Origin: Sphyrna mokarran
Lineage: Eukaryota
Direction: 5' to 3'
Assembly: GCA_024679065.1 (NCBI GenBank)
Contig: JAGIQG010000016.1
Coordinates: 50,468,001-50,532,000, forward strand
DNA: 64,000 nucleotides
Shown here piece after piece: positions 37,029 to 48,849 of the stretch. The notes under the pieces were generated by a model, which saw only the letters and a program-made list of their open reading frames with translations, was not told the DNA's origin and did no database searches. Each line of letters starts with the position of its first letter. The first letter of the stretch is position 1. A program made the translations under genes and the position numbers.

Positions 37029-37890
37029 TAGAACATAGAACATAGAACATTACAGCACAGAACAGATGTTGAACGATGTCGAAGTTCAACATCGAAGAAC
37101 TTCGGCCTTCGATGTTGCGCCGACCAATATAAAAAGCAATGCCCCTCCATACTAAACCATTCCCTTCTCTTCCATATACTTATCAACTAACCTCTTAAAC
37201 GCCACCAAACTTGGCGCATCTACAACTGCTGCAGGCAGGGCATTCCACTCCCGAACCACCCTTTGGGTAAAGAACCTACCTCTGATATCCGTCCTATAAC
37301 TATCACCCCTTAATTTAAAGCTGTGTCCCCTCGTGCTAGCTTTCTCCATCCTAGGAAAAAGGCTATCACTGTCCACCCTATCTAAACCTCTAATCATCTT
37401 ATATGTTTCGATTAGGTCCCCTCTTAGCCGCCTCCTTTCTAACGAAAACCAACCTCAAATCCCTCAGCCTCTCTTCATAAGACCTGCCCTCCATACCAGG
37501 CAACATCCTGGTAAACCTCCTCTGTACCCTCTCCAATGCCTCCACATCTTTCTTATAATGTGGGGACCAGAACTGCACACAATACTCCAAGTGCGGCCGC
37601 ACTAGAGTTTTGTACAGTTGCAACATGACGTTGCGGCTCCGAAATTCAATGCCCCTACCAATAAAAGCTAAGACTCCATATGCCTTCTTAACAACCTTCT
37701 CGACTTGACTGCCTACTTTCAGGGATCTATGCACATACACACCAAGATCCTCTGTTCATCTAGACTACTAAGAATCCTACCATTTGCCCTATACTCTACA
37801 CATTTATTATTTCTGCCATAGTGCATTACCTCACACTTTTCCACATTAAACTCCATTTGCCACCTCTCAGCCCAGCTCTGCAACTTGTCC
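37029..37890 (-). mobile_element. young CR1 (HER1-type) LINE, 3' 0.86 kb
   Basis: KKAYGVLAFIGRGIEFRSRNVMLQLYKTLVRPHLEYCVQFWSPHYKKDVEALERVQRRFTRMLPG...TRGHSFKLRG, with a (TTCTATG)n tail. Confidence 0.95.
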
Positions 37891-38077
37891 AAGGTTGGAG
37901 GTAGATTTCTGTACCTCAGTCAGGAGAAAGTCCTGCCTCAGAGAGCATCCGGCCCATTGGATTGACAGGCAACTCTGTAGTTTTAGCTGCTGCATCAGGA
38001 GCGATGGTCACTGCTGAGACTAAAGGCAGGAGCCCAGTGAGGAACAAGTAAGTGCGGAGTCTCATGGCAGGAAGGCA

Positions 38078-38990
38078 TGATAACTTCCATGAATTCCATG
38101 GGAAATCTCTAAATGATCGCCCTGTGAGTCTCAGTGAATACAAGTTCCCCTGGTAAGAGGCAATGGCCTGCCCTGGTGGAACCCATCACCAGAACCCTTA
38201 TAAGGGAGAGACTGGGAAAATTATTGTCCCGGTTGGGATTTGTGTATGCATGCCATGGAACAGTGGCTTAATTTTGCATTTAACAGTAAATACCATTCCT
38301 TTCCAGTCGTACTTCCTGAGTTTTACATTGGTGACGAGGAACAAGGAATGTTTCGTTTAAGTTTGCCTTTCAACAAACCCTGGTAAGTAATGGGGAAATT
38401 TGAAAATGCCGCTTCAGAAAGTTGGAATCATGGGTGGCACAGTGGCAGAGTGGTTAGCACCGCTGCCTCACTGCACCAGGGACCTGAGATCGATTCCTGG
38501 CATGGGTCACTGTCTGTGTGGGGTCTGTACATTCTCTCTATGCCTGTGCGAGTTTCCTCCAGGTACTCCAGTTTCCTCCTACAGTCTGAAAGACATATGG
38601 CTTGGTGCATCGGCCGTGCTAAATTTTCCCTCGGTGTACCCAAACAGACGCCAGAGTGTGGTGACTAGGGGACTTTCGCAGTAATGTCATTGCAGTGTTA
38701 ATAAAGTCTACTTGTGACTAATAAATAAAATATGATGTAGGTGAGGAGGATAGGCCTCAGTATTTCTTCCAGGCAAAATGGACGGATGGGGACGACCAGC
38801 AAAAAAAGGTCATCCTTTGACAGCTTGTGGAGTCCCAACTTTCAAAACCATGAAGAGCAGACTCTACCTGGCAGCCCAAGATTTAAAATCCTTCAATAAA
38901 CTGACAGGTCTGATAGTGAACCACTATGATCCCAAGCTATCACTACAGTGGCCTTTTGATATTGGAAAGCACATCTTAGCATTAGTAACA
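38078..38990 (+). mobile_element. Gypsy LTR retrotransposon 5' remnant: LTR, PBS, gag fragment
   Basis: LTR-like segment ends TTTTACA at 38327, PBS TGGTGACGAGGA at 38329-38340, then MGKFENAASESW / QYFFQA / LTACGVPTFKTMKS...KSFNKLTGLIVNHYDPK resembling Gypsy gag. Confidence 0.7.
38432..38730 (+). mobile_element. full-length V-SINE with tail B, inserted in the Gypsy gag
   Basis: gggtggcacagtggcagagtggttagcaccgctgcctcac...gtttcctccaggtactccagtttcctcc...cttgtgactaataaataaa. Confidence 0.9.
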
Positions 38991-39899
38991 ATATTCTGGG
39001 CTGTTCTCTGAGGGACAACAGCAAGGAAGTAGTGGAAGTATGAATACTATCATTCTGAGAGGTTTGTATTCCATAATGCCAAACGTGCTGCTCTCACAGG
39101 GCAGCAATTGTAGAAATCTGCTGGAGCACAGATTGCTAGACTGATGTGAGAGGCTGTATGCCATGAAAGGACTGATATCTGCAGTCACGATAGCAGCATT
39201 CTGAATCTGCATAGCAGCAACATGGATGTCATGACCTCGGCCTTAGTTTCGATTGCAACACATAGATCACAGAGACATTGGATAGCTTCCACTGGCGTTG
39301 CAGAGGAAGCTAAGACAGCAGTCAACAGACACAACATCACATCTGGGTCTGCTAGTGTTAATGCAGAGTTGATAACTACTGATGGAGCTGAACTCCCCTA
39401 TGTTCCTTGATATTTGCAGTAGGCTGTCTGCCAGGCTAGCCAATGCACCCAAGCATCTCAAAGTACATAATCAACAAATTCTCCTTGATGCTGCCCCTGA
39501 ACTCATGTGAGTCACGTGTAACAACATTTGTCAGGGACTTCGCCCTTCAGTGAGCTATTCTTTTCCATTGCCTTGCCACAGCCCATTAATGCCCACTATC
39601 TCATCACATGCTGATCCAGTGCCTATGCTGCCAGTAATGTGTGTGCGACACTATTATTTGTTGTGACTGGCCTGCCAGCAGTTCCTGAATTTCTGCAAGT
39701 ATAAGATCAGAGTTAGGGGCAGGATGGGGAGGTGTCAGTGGTGTTGTTGGGGTAGGCACTGATAATGGAGCGTAGAGCAGGTGGTACATCTAGAGATGGT
39801 ACATTATGTCAGATACCAGGATGAGGGTGAGCTAGGAATTGAGAAGAAGCAAAGGGCAGGAACTTTCACCCTTCTGAAAGCTCTTAGTGATGCAAGATG

Positions 39900-40420
39900 C
39901 GATGGGCTTTGCCATGATACAGAGCACAATTTCCTCCGTCAGGCTCAGAGATGAAGGCGTGCCTGGTCTCTGCAACGCAGTTTGCTGGTGCTTCCCTTTA
40001 TTTCACCACAACTTATTATCCTGTAGGAGAGAGCAAAGTACGACAACTAGTGAGCTGTAATGTATCTGGGTGATGTGACCCACATAACTGAATTGCTAAT
40101 GTAGAGGAAGTGAGAGGTGGGTGTGAGGCTGGCACCATTGAAAGGTGTCTGAAAATGAGCCGGAGCATCTGAACATTAGTCCTGAGTGCTAAGGACTGCT
40201 GACAGATGAAGATGTATATTGGGCAGAGTGGAAGGTTGGTGGTGTGGAGTGATGGGGTTTTGTGCAAGGATGCATTCATTGACACTGATTATCTACATGA
40301 GGTCAATAAACTCCTTCAAGCACTGCTGCCAAGTTATCAGCATCAAACTCCTTGGATGGGGCTTTCCAGTCCTTCCTGTTGGCAGGATCTTCTGGTTTCA
40401 CCAAAAGCAATCCCAGTGGT
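39900..40420 (-). pseudogene. Harbinger Myb/SANT-like protein remnant
   Basis: ITWQQCLKEFIDL near 40280-40340, then acceptor ctctctcctacag near 40020 and KHQQT...LSLTEEIVL, paralleling 25600-26260. Confidence 0.5.
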
Positions 40421-42402
40421 GGGTTCCCTGACACTGGGGACAGGCAAGCCACGCAAAATGCCGTAGACATTGATGGAACAAAGATCATCTGTTGGCATCT
40501 AATGGTGAGCTCTGGGAGTCAGCAGCTCCACTGAATCAGTACAGCTGCCTCTTAATGAGGGAAGACTGCCTTTAAGAGTTGCAGGTTAGCTGCAACAGAT
40601 GTAACCTCCAGTTAGCTGGCAGCATGGGTCACCCAGGGCTACAGGCCGAATGCATGGATTTGAGAAGGCAGCATGAAACTTGCATGCTGCCTGTCTCAAA
40701 GGGAATGGGATCTGAGCAGATTGTGAATCATGTTCCCTTGCCAAAAAAATAGACCCAGTTGAATTTTTTCCCAGTTGAATTAAAAAACTTCTAGCACTGT
40801 TCAAATGTTTTCACTAACAAAAAAGAGAAAGAAGGTCTACACTCAACAATAGCTCTAAGTAGGCACTGTACTTTTAGCACCTAGTTCCCTTCATTTACTC
40901 TAAATCATACAGTAGACATTGTAAACAACTTCTTGAAATGCTCAAATTCTTACACTTTTTTTTTGCTCTTCATCCTGTTCTGTGGATGACTGGTGTCATT
41001 CACCAATCACATCAAAATGTTAGGTGTAAATGGCCTTCTAAAACACCTGTTGCAGCAAACTTTGCCTGGGGGTTGCCTTCATTTAGACTGCACAATAAAG
41101 TCTTAACTTACACAAAGAAGTTTCAAAAACTTAGCTACAAAACAAATAATTCCATCTGGAACAAATTTGGGACAGCACCTGCTGCTGGCATTGTTTACAA
41201 TTCAATTCACAGATTTTTTTTCATACATCATACTAAGTTTGTTAGTTTAACCTCCTGGTTTATTAGCTCCATTGAAAGCAAAGCTTGTAGCATCTAGTTT
41301 TTAGTCGGCGAGAACAATAATATAAAGACTGCCTTGCATTACTGAGCACTGTAGTTAGGTTGGGCTTGGTTCTCTTTTAAGCAAAGGATGGTCGATAACT
41401 GCCAAATTAAATCCTGCAGCTTTGCTGCAACAGTTTTGGTTGCTACGTTAAGCTTTTTTTTGCAGGTGATAAAAATTAGATAAAGTTCATTGCAGCTTAC
41501 ACTATAACCAGTGATTTTGTGAGAAGTGCATTCAACAGTAATTATTTTTTATCGACAGATGATTGGCTTCATCATTTTGTCTGACGCTGTAGGCGTAACT
41601 TTATGAGTCTATATGCTGCCATCAGACAAGACTGCCTGCTAGCAGCTCAGATTTGTAAGATTGCCCCGTATGGATGATATCATTCTACGAACGCTTAATG
41701 TGCCCATACCAAATTTCACTCTATTTTGAAAGATGGTTAATCTGTTTATTGCAAATGAGTTGGTGCACTATTAAAATAGTGAAGACTTGGATTAGATACT
41801 AGAGTTACAAACAGTTTTGTACATTGGCATTGCCAGGCTGTTATGTTAACTATCATTCTTTTAAACAGTAATTTTGCAATAATTCTAGGTGTGAGCTCGC
41901 ATGTAAATATTCACTATGTCTGTCTGAGGTGTGCAACATTGTTCTTCTGCTACATCAATGTAAAGTTTGATGTAGCAGAAGTTCCAGGGAACTTCTATGC
42001 TAAAATTTATTTTGAATATTGAAATTAATGTGGTTTGTTAGAAAATCAACTGGATGTCAAAATGCTGATTTTTTTAATAAAAAGCATCATTTGAGTTATT
42101 TTCTGAATAAAATATTTTTAGTTCCGAGAAAGACATCATAAACACATACTTAAGTCTTGTAGACTACTCTATCATGCTATCAAATGCCACATTGCACTAA
42201 AAGTGAACCAGGGCCTGCTATCAAATTCCACACGAAGGGCCTTTGTTTCCACCACCAGAACTATCGCAAGTGAACGCGTAGGTTTGTGACAAACGCACAA
42301 ATATTTTTTCTTTTGGTTATGATTATTTTTTTCTTTATCTTTACTTGCCCCCAAGAATTTCAGCTGTCGAGCCTGAGCTGCTGACAAACAAGCAAAACTC
42401 AC

Positions 42403-42500
42403 TCAGAAGACATGTAGGTGTACAGCTAACAAAACTTTTCAATGATGCATGAGGCCATCAGTTTGTAAACCTTTGACCTTGAAGTGTGCGGCCTGCTGCC
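42403..42500 (-). other. candidate first/leader exon (5' end unknown)
   Basis: Donor TCTGA|gtgagt at 42402-42397 inside a TE-poor block with CAGCTG E-boxes and an AT-rich TATA-like stretch near 42526-42536. Confidence 0.3.
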
Positions 42501-44349
42501 TGCTTTGTGTTCAGCTGGGTCTGCATCTATAATAAAGCAGCTGCTTGGAACTATGCCTGCTGCTGCAAAAAGCCAACAAAGCAGTGCGTAATTTATTTAC
42601 TCTTTACAATGGTCTATTTGAACAGACTCGTAAAAAGGAAATAGAGTAGCTACAGCAACCCGGCAGTTTCTTTAACATGTTTCATAAAAATCAATGCATA
42701 TAAGAGTAAATGTGAATAAACTAAGGTTTATGAACACACTCTAATAACTCGTGTCTATTGCCCGAGAAATGACATTAACCTCAAATTGCAGTTTTTTTTA
42801 AATCATTGGTCACATTCCAGCTGAACTGCAAACAAATGCTTAGCAATCACAAAAAAGTGACTGTACGCTGATTTACACAGTATTTAAAATCTACTTTGGA
42901 GTATCGTAAATGGTGGGTTCGAAATAGTGAAAAAATATTTTCTAACAAAAACAATGTTAATGACAGGTCATTACTTTCTCAAGTTAACAGAATCATTCAG
43001 GTTTTATGGCTGTAGTTTTTTTTTATCATCACTTCACCTAATTGGAGAGCAAAATTAAAACATTGCTATCAGAGGAACAGAAACTTATTTCTGATTCTAT
43101 ATATGGACAGAAACTTATTGAATAGATTTGTGTTCACTCAGCTATAAACAAGCAATATGAATCTTACTATTCTTTTGAGTTTATTGCTGAGCAGACTGTA
43201 ATTTTAATGCACTGAAATAAATCTCTAATAATTTTCAAATCGTAGAGGTCATGGTAAATAATAGTTAATTCAAAGTGGCAAATACAATTATAATCTACAG
43301 TGCAGTACAGCCCAGTCATTTGAATTTCAAGAGGCTCTTCGATAGAGGAACTAAAACACAAATGATGCACTGAATCAAGGAAGGATTTGTAAATAGTTCA
43401 AATTTTCTCTCAGCACAAGTATTAGATTTTCAATGTGGTTTCTTTTCTCACATGATGTCGAGGGACTGAAGAACCGCACCGTTAAAGGTTCGATGGAATT
43501 AAGCAGGAAATTGAGCTGGCTGACTTTTCTCTTTAGGAACCTGTTTTCAAATCCAAAAATGGGATGGAAGTTCTCCTCTGGCTGTCTTCTGGCTGCAAGT
43601 GTACGATTTTTGTCAGTGTCAGTTCAGTTTCCATTGGGCACAAAGCCTTTCCTAATTTGGCATTCGCTGGCAAAGCTTTATTAAGCTTATATCAGGGCAC
43701 AATGCTGACACTGGATCCTCCAAGTATAAACAGTCCCATTGCCCAGCGCAAATATCTTTACCCTATTTAGCACAGAAAGACAAAAACTTAAAAAATTGAT
43801 TCTAATAAGAAAAACAAAAGTATGGAAAATATCATATCATTTTTAACAAAGTCTACAAGTTGCTGTGAAGTCCAAAATGGCAGTTTTTGACAATAGCTTG
43901 ATTCCCATAATTAAATAGAGATCAGGAGATGGAATACTCACTTCCAAAAGATAGTTGACATGTAGATCAGACTCCCAGAGAAGTTAGTCGGTATCTTTTG
44001 TAAAGGGAGACACCAATAAGGAAGGATCAGAAGGACTTAATGTTTCTTAAAGTAGGAAATCAAGAGGAAGAAGAGAAAAGGGGAAGTTTGTGATCAAATA
44101 ATCATAGATCACATAATCATATGAATGAAGCAAGCTTAATAGATTGATTGGCTTTTTCTTGCTCAGGACACTTCTAACTTTTGATTTTTTTACAATATAG
44201 CATTGCAGTGCTGTTGAAATACTGCAAAAGAAACACACCATATAAGCCATAACACAGACGACGGTCTTATCACCTGCATCACTCAATTAAACAGAGTACA
44301 AATTTATAATGTGCTAATGTCGAACTTCATATGCTGGCAGTGCATGTCT

Positions 44350-44850
44350 CTGGCCATTCATGCCGGCGGGATTTTCCTGTCCCACTGGTAATGCACCCTA
44401 CCCACAGATTTCCCGCCGGCATGGGGTGACATCAATAGGAATTCCCATTGACAGCGGCAGGACCAGAGAATCCTGCCGCCTCCCGCCAGTGGGAAACACG
44501 TGGCTGGGAGGCTACAGAATCTTGCCCGCGAATGCAGAAGTCAGCGTATCCAACATGATTTTTTCCGGATGTACCCAAGTTCTTGTTAAGTGCTATCCTG
44601 GGCAAAATTCAGTGCACAAATTCATGAAATCTACCTCTGCAATTATGAACAGGATTCTCCGCTCCTCAACCCCCCTACTCCTGTCCTCACCCACCCGCCA
44701 TGTTTCTCGACAGTGGGATAGTGGAACCATTAGTTGGTGGCAGAATCTTCTGGTCCCATCGCTGTCAATGGGATTTCCCATTGAACTACCCCACACCACG
44801 GGCAAATCCGCAGTGGGGTGCACTGTCGGCAGAAAAGGGAAAATCCCACT
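44350..44850. mobile_element. two copies of one MITE in opposite orientation (44350-44528 and 44650-44850)
   Basis: tcaataggaattcccattgacagcggcaggaccagagaatc versus the reverse complement of gaatcttctggtcccatcgctgtcaatgggatttcccattga. Confidence 0.75.
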
Positions 44851-46106
44851 AAAAACTAAAAACAACAATAAGCTAGCCATAAAATAAAACACATCCAACA
44901 TCTTTTTTTCTGAAAATTACTATACTCGCTCTACCCACTGAAATAGAATAGATAATAGAAAGACACGGTTTGACAAATAAAGGTTGCCTTGCTGTCTATC
45001 GGCAGTACATATGGATTTAGCACTCATGTTTAGAACAGGATTCTCTGATCTAGCCCGTGCCTGTCCTGCTGCAAATAAGAATGAAGCATTTGGTGTTGCA
45101 GCCAAACTTCCGCTCACTTTCGTGGCACTGGAGAATCCCACCATGAATGTAGTCAGAGGATTTTGGCATTTATGTATCTATTTTTCATATTATACTAGCC
45201 AATCTTCTGTGAAATTTTTCATGGGTAATTCTCATGTAAACATGTACTGTACAATCCAGAAACTTGGGCTCAGATCCTCTACCTGTTTGGTTACTGAGAC
45301 AAGACATCAGATACATTTTACGCTATAGGATTCGAGGTGCAAGGTGTTGCTAGACATATCAGTGATTTGGACACAGATATCTGACTCACAAGTGCATCTC
45401 TGACCCTGGTCAGTGTCGCTGGGAACCTCTGCTTGTCTTGGAAAACAGTAGCTAAAACCCTTCCAAGCTTGAGGAGAAATGAAATTCTTCCCTTTCAGGA
45501 TCTGCTTTTTTCAGGTACGCAACTCAGGAAGTGAGATCTCAAGACCAGAATAATTGAGAAGGATGCCCTAAAAATGCCAGCTTCTTTCGGTTCACCGAGA
45601 CAAGATGATTTTCCAACAGACCTTTGGGGTAAATTAGGTCATACAATCAAACAACCACATCTGCTCCTGCCTCAATAGGCTCACTTTGCTGGCATCCATT
45701 GTAGATGCTGGGTTGCTGTTCTCTTCAGTTGGGGAAATCCTTAAAAATATCAGGGACAGAGAACCGAGATCATAGGTTTTCACCCTTATTTCATGTAGCC
45801 AGAAAATACAGAATCACCATGCACAACACACAGGAAAGTTGGACCCAGCTTTTTGTGGTAAAATTTCAACTCACTTTTGTTCAAAATGCCGGAAATCCAG
45901 TTCTTGATGATCACTTTATTGAGATTTGAATCCATGGCCTTTGATATATTAAAAATTGTGCTAATTAATAAGGGGGAATAGTCACATCAGATCCAGAAAC
46001 TGGGTACACAGGTAAAAATGGCACCACAATACTGTCTTTTATTCAAATCCATCTTATCAAAGATTGAACGAAGATGGTTTGGATGTTGTGATTACATCAA
46101 ATCGCC

Positions 46107-46205
46107 TAGAATTTAACAGAACAGAAACAGACCAATGGGCTGAACAGGTCCATACTCGTGCTTATGCTCCACATGAGCCTTCCTCCACCTTACGTCATCT
46201 TATCC
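46107..46205 (-). mobile_element. CR1 3' tail fragment
   Basis: tagaatttaacagaacagaaacagacca...caggtccat...ttatgctccacatgagcc. Confidence 0.55.
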
Positions 46206-47729
46206 ACGATCATGTAATCAACTTAGCAAGTTACAGTTTCTAATCATCTTACAGTAGCTTTCACAAGTTAGGCAAAGTGTTAGAAATGCCAAGCCAAAAG
46301 TCAAATGTCCTGCGACAGTAATGTCTACCAGGTAGATTTTCTTGGGATTCTTCCTCTGCCACAGGGTATGACAATGCCCCACAGGATTTAATGATTCTGC
46401 AGCACGCTCTGAACTCCCTTGTCTTGCAAAGTTCTCTACTAGGAATACAAATCTGTATTATTTCACTGTAACATTACAGCTGGAATACATTGATATGTTC
46501 CCAGATAAAAACACAAGCTGGAGACATGAATAGAAATCTTATAAACTCTCATTCCTAGCAAGGAACTTTCCTGCTGAGAGTTCTTACTGGGAATCTGTAA
46601 AATATCCCCATAATCTTCCATCTGTTATAAATGGAAACGTATGGGCGGTACAAACACCAAAATTCTTGAACACCGAAACTCCACATCAGGAGAGTGAATT
46701 CAAGAAATTATCACTCACACAGTGCACGTAGGTCCTTTGTATGGAAACATATTAATATAATCCAGGTAAAAGTTATACTGTCTTTGAAAATCAACGGTGT
46801 CCCCAGAAGATGCCTGTCAACTTACTTGGAAAAGTTCTGAATAGTTGGAACAGTTGTTCTCAGTGGTCAGAATCTGTGCGGTAAAAATACTATGCCTTAT
46901 TACAAACTGTAGCCACATGTCAGGCCAAGCAAACCAACTCCAAACTCGGGATAATTCAGTTCTCTATGTACTTACTTTTCTTATCCACTGGTTTGAATCA
47001 CAGTAGCCCGAGGGCTTTAGACAAAGCTGTTCACATATTGATGGATAAATCCTAAATTGCAACAGCAAAATCTGTTAGCACTGGTAATTGATGCAAATTG
47101 ACAGCAATATGGATTTAAACTTTATGCCTGGTTCCTGAGGTTTCGCGGTAGACACTTCAATGACACAAATCTGCAGCACTCCTACTGAAACATTTATCTC
47201 ACATTTTGAAAATTGTTATTTGAAAAAGACAGAATGCCACTGTACTCCCTATTGCAAGCAATAACACTGTTCTGGTACTAAGGCACAGTGAGCGCTTCTC
47301 CTTCAGCATCATGTACACCTGTAGATATCTTCTGTAGACAATATGCTTATTGTCTGTTGACTTGCTACAATGCTGCAGAGCAAACATATTTTCATTGGTT
47401 AGGCGCAAAAAGTTACATGTGAGAAACAGAATTAACTTCAAGACTTTTGGCATTTTCCACTTGCAATGTTAAGGTGCGGACTGAAATATTTAAGTATTTA
47501 TTGGACACTGCTTTGGCATCTAATTCAAGACAAAATCACTGGAAAACTGTGATTGAGAGGGCTGAGCAATCAACTAAATGCATTTTGGTTTGAAAAAGTT
47601 ATGCTGACTTCGCAGAACTATTCCAATGTAAAATTGTTTAAAAATCATGAAGAAAAATTTTAAAGAATCTTGGGACCACAACCATGCTTATTTTTATGAT
47701 CATTAAGTTAGTTATTGAACCCTCCCAGA

Positions 47730-48035
47730 AAAGCACTCTCTCTCTCTGCTCTGTCCCAACAATGTTCCTCACTTTCTAACGAGAATCCTCTTTTGTACTA
47801 TTTCCCAGGTAATGCACATTCACTGGACTCTTTCAATTAATGCTAAATTAGAGTGTCTAGTCCTGTAAGCATATGGTAACTAGTAATTGTATTAAGGCTG
47901 CCCAAACTCCCATATCTTGAGACATCTGTAGCCAGGCGGACAGAGAAATCTTTCACACCACGACTACAGACTGGATTGTAATCTGTGTCCCAGAGATAAG
48001 AGGGCAGGATAAGCAGCTAAAAAGCTGAACCACCA
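47730..48035 (-). mobile_element. old LF-SINE-like element
   Basis: Minus strand has a decayed tRNA-like head (atctctgggacacagattacaatccag), then gagtttgggcagcc...actagt, aatttagcattaattg and tgaggaacattgttgggacag, collinear with the LF-SINE consensus as I recall it. Confidence 0.45.
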
Positions 48036-48394
48036 TCGAGTCCTTCAAATAAAAACTTTTATTTCTGTTGTAAATTTTATTTTTGTACAACAATGTTCAT
48101 ATTTTTGTAAGGGAGCTCATTGATTGAAATTTTGGAAACAATGATAACATATATTGATAACTTAAGAATTTAACAGAAAATCTTATCAGGACAAGCTAAG
48201 ACAGTTCAGAAAAAATACATGGCACACACAGCCCCAGCTCTTCTCTGAGAAACCGATCAGTGACTGATAAACTGCTCAAATAAAAATATAAGGTAGAGCT
48301 TTTGGTACAGAATACTACAAACCATGTTTCTTCTATAAATTTGTCTGATGATTATCAATACAAGATTCCCTATTGTTCAAAAAAAGAAACAAAA

Positions 48395-48690
48395 TGAACT
48401 TGGAATTTCCATAGCGCTTTGTTACAATGCTTAGAATGCTTTAACTGATTTTACATCCAATTAGCACCATCACTGTTGCTATGTGAGTGCAACATCTATC
48501 TTTCTGCAAAATAACAACTATGAGATGAGTAACCACCACTTTATGACAAGGGCATTGGCTGAGAAAGGAATGATTTTTAAGTCACCAGCAAAAGTCAAAC
48601 AGACCTTTAAAAAAGACTCCCATGATCTTTAACATCTACTTGAACAGGAAGATAGGGGCTTAGCATCTTTAACAATGCTGTATTGCTTTT
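48395..48690 (-). mobile_element. decayed Deu-domain SINE
   Basis: aacttggaatttccatagcgcttt...cactgttgctatgt...ttggctgaga...gatctttaacatctacttga is antisense to the Deu-SINE consensus. Confidence 0.55.
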
Positions 48691-48849
48691 GGAATTTATT
48701 TTTACAATATAAATACAGTAAAACAAATGCAACCTCACTGACACCACTCACATTTTTTTCTTTCTACAGTCCTATGGTTCTGCTCACATTGAGCCTGAGG
48801 CTATGGGCCTCAGAAACAGTTTTGTACCTAACTTGGGGCAAAGATGAGT

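Larger units (their letters stand above)
36915..40745. mobile_element. decayed Harbinger element region hosting CR1, Gypsy and SINE insertions
   Basis: GGGACAGAATTTT left end and Myb/SANT remnants on the minus strand at 39900-40420. The right boundary is approximate. Confidence 0.5.

Noticed and set aside
43077-43120. 13-bp direct repeat acagaaacttatt
   Set aside because: Only two copies in AT-rich DNA; ordinary slippage or duplication, not an array.
44360-44901. Overlapping 175-aa and 102-aa ORFs
   Set aside because: They span two GC-rich MITE copies and are chance open frames.
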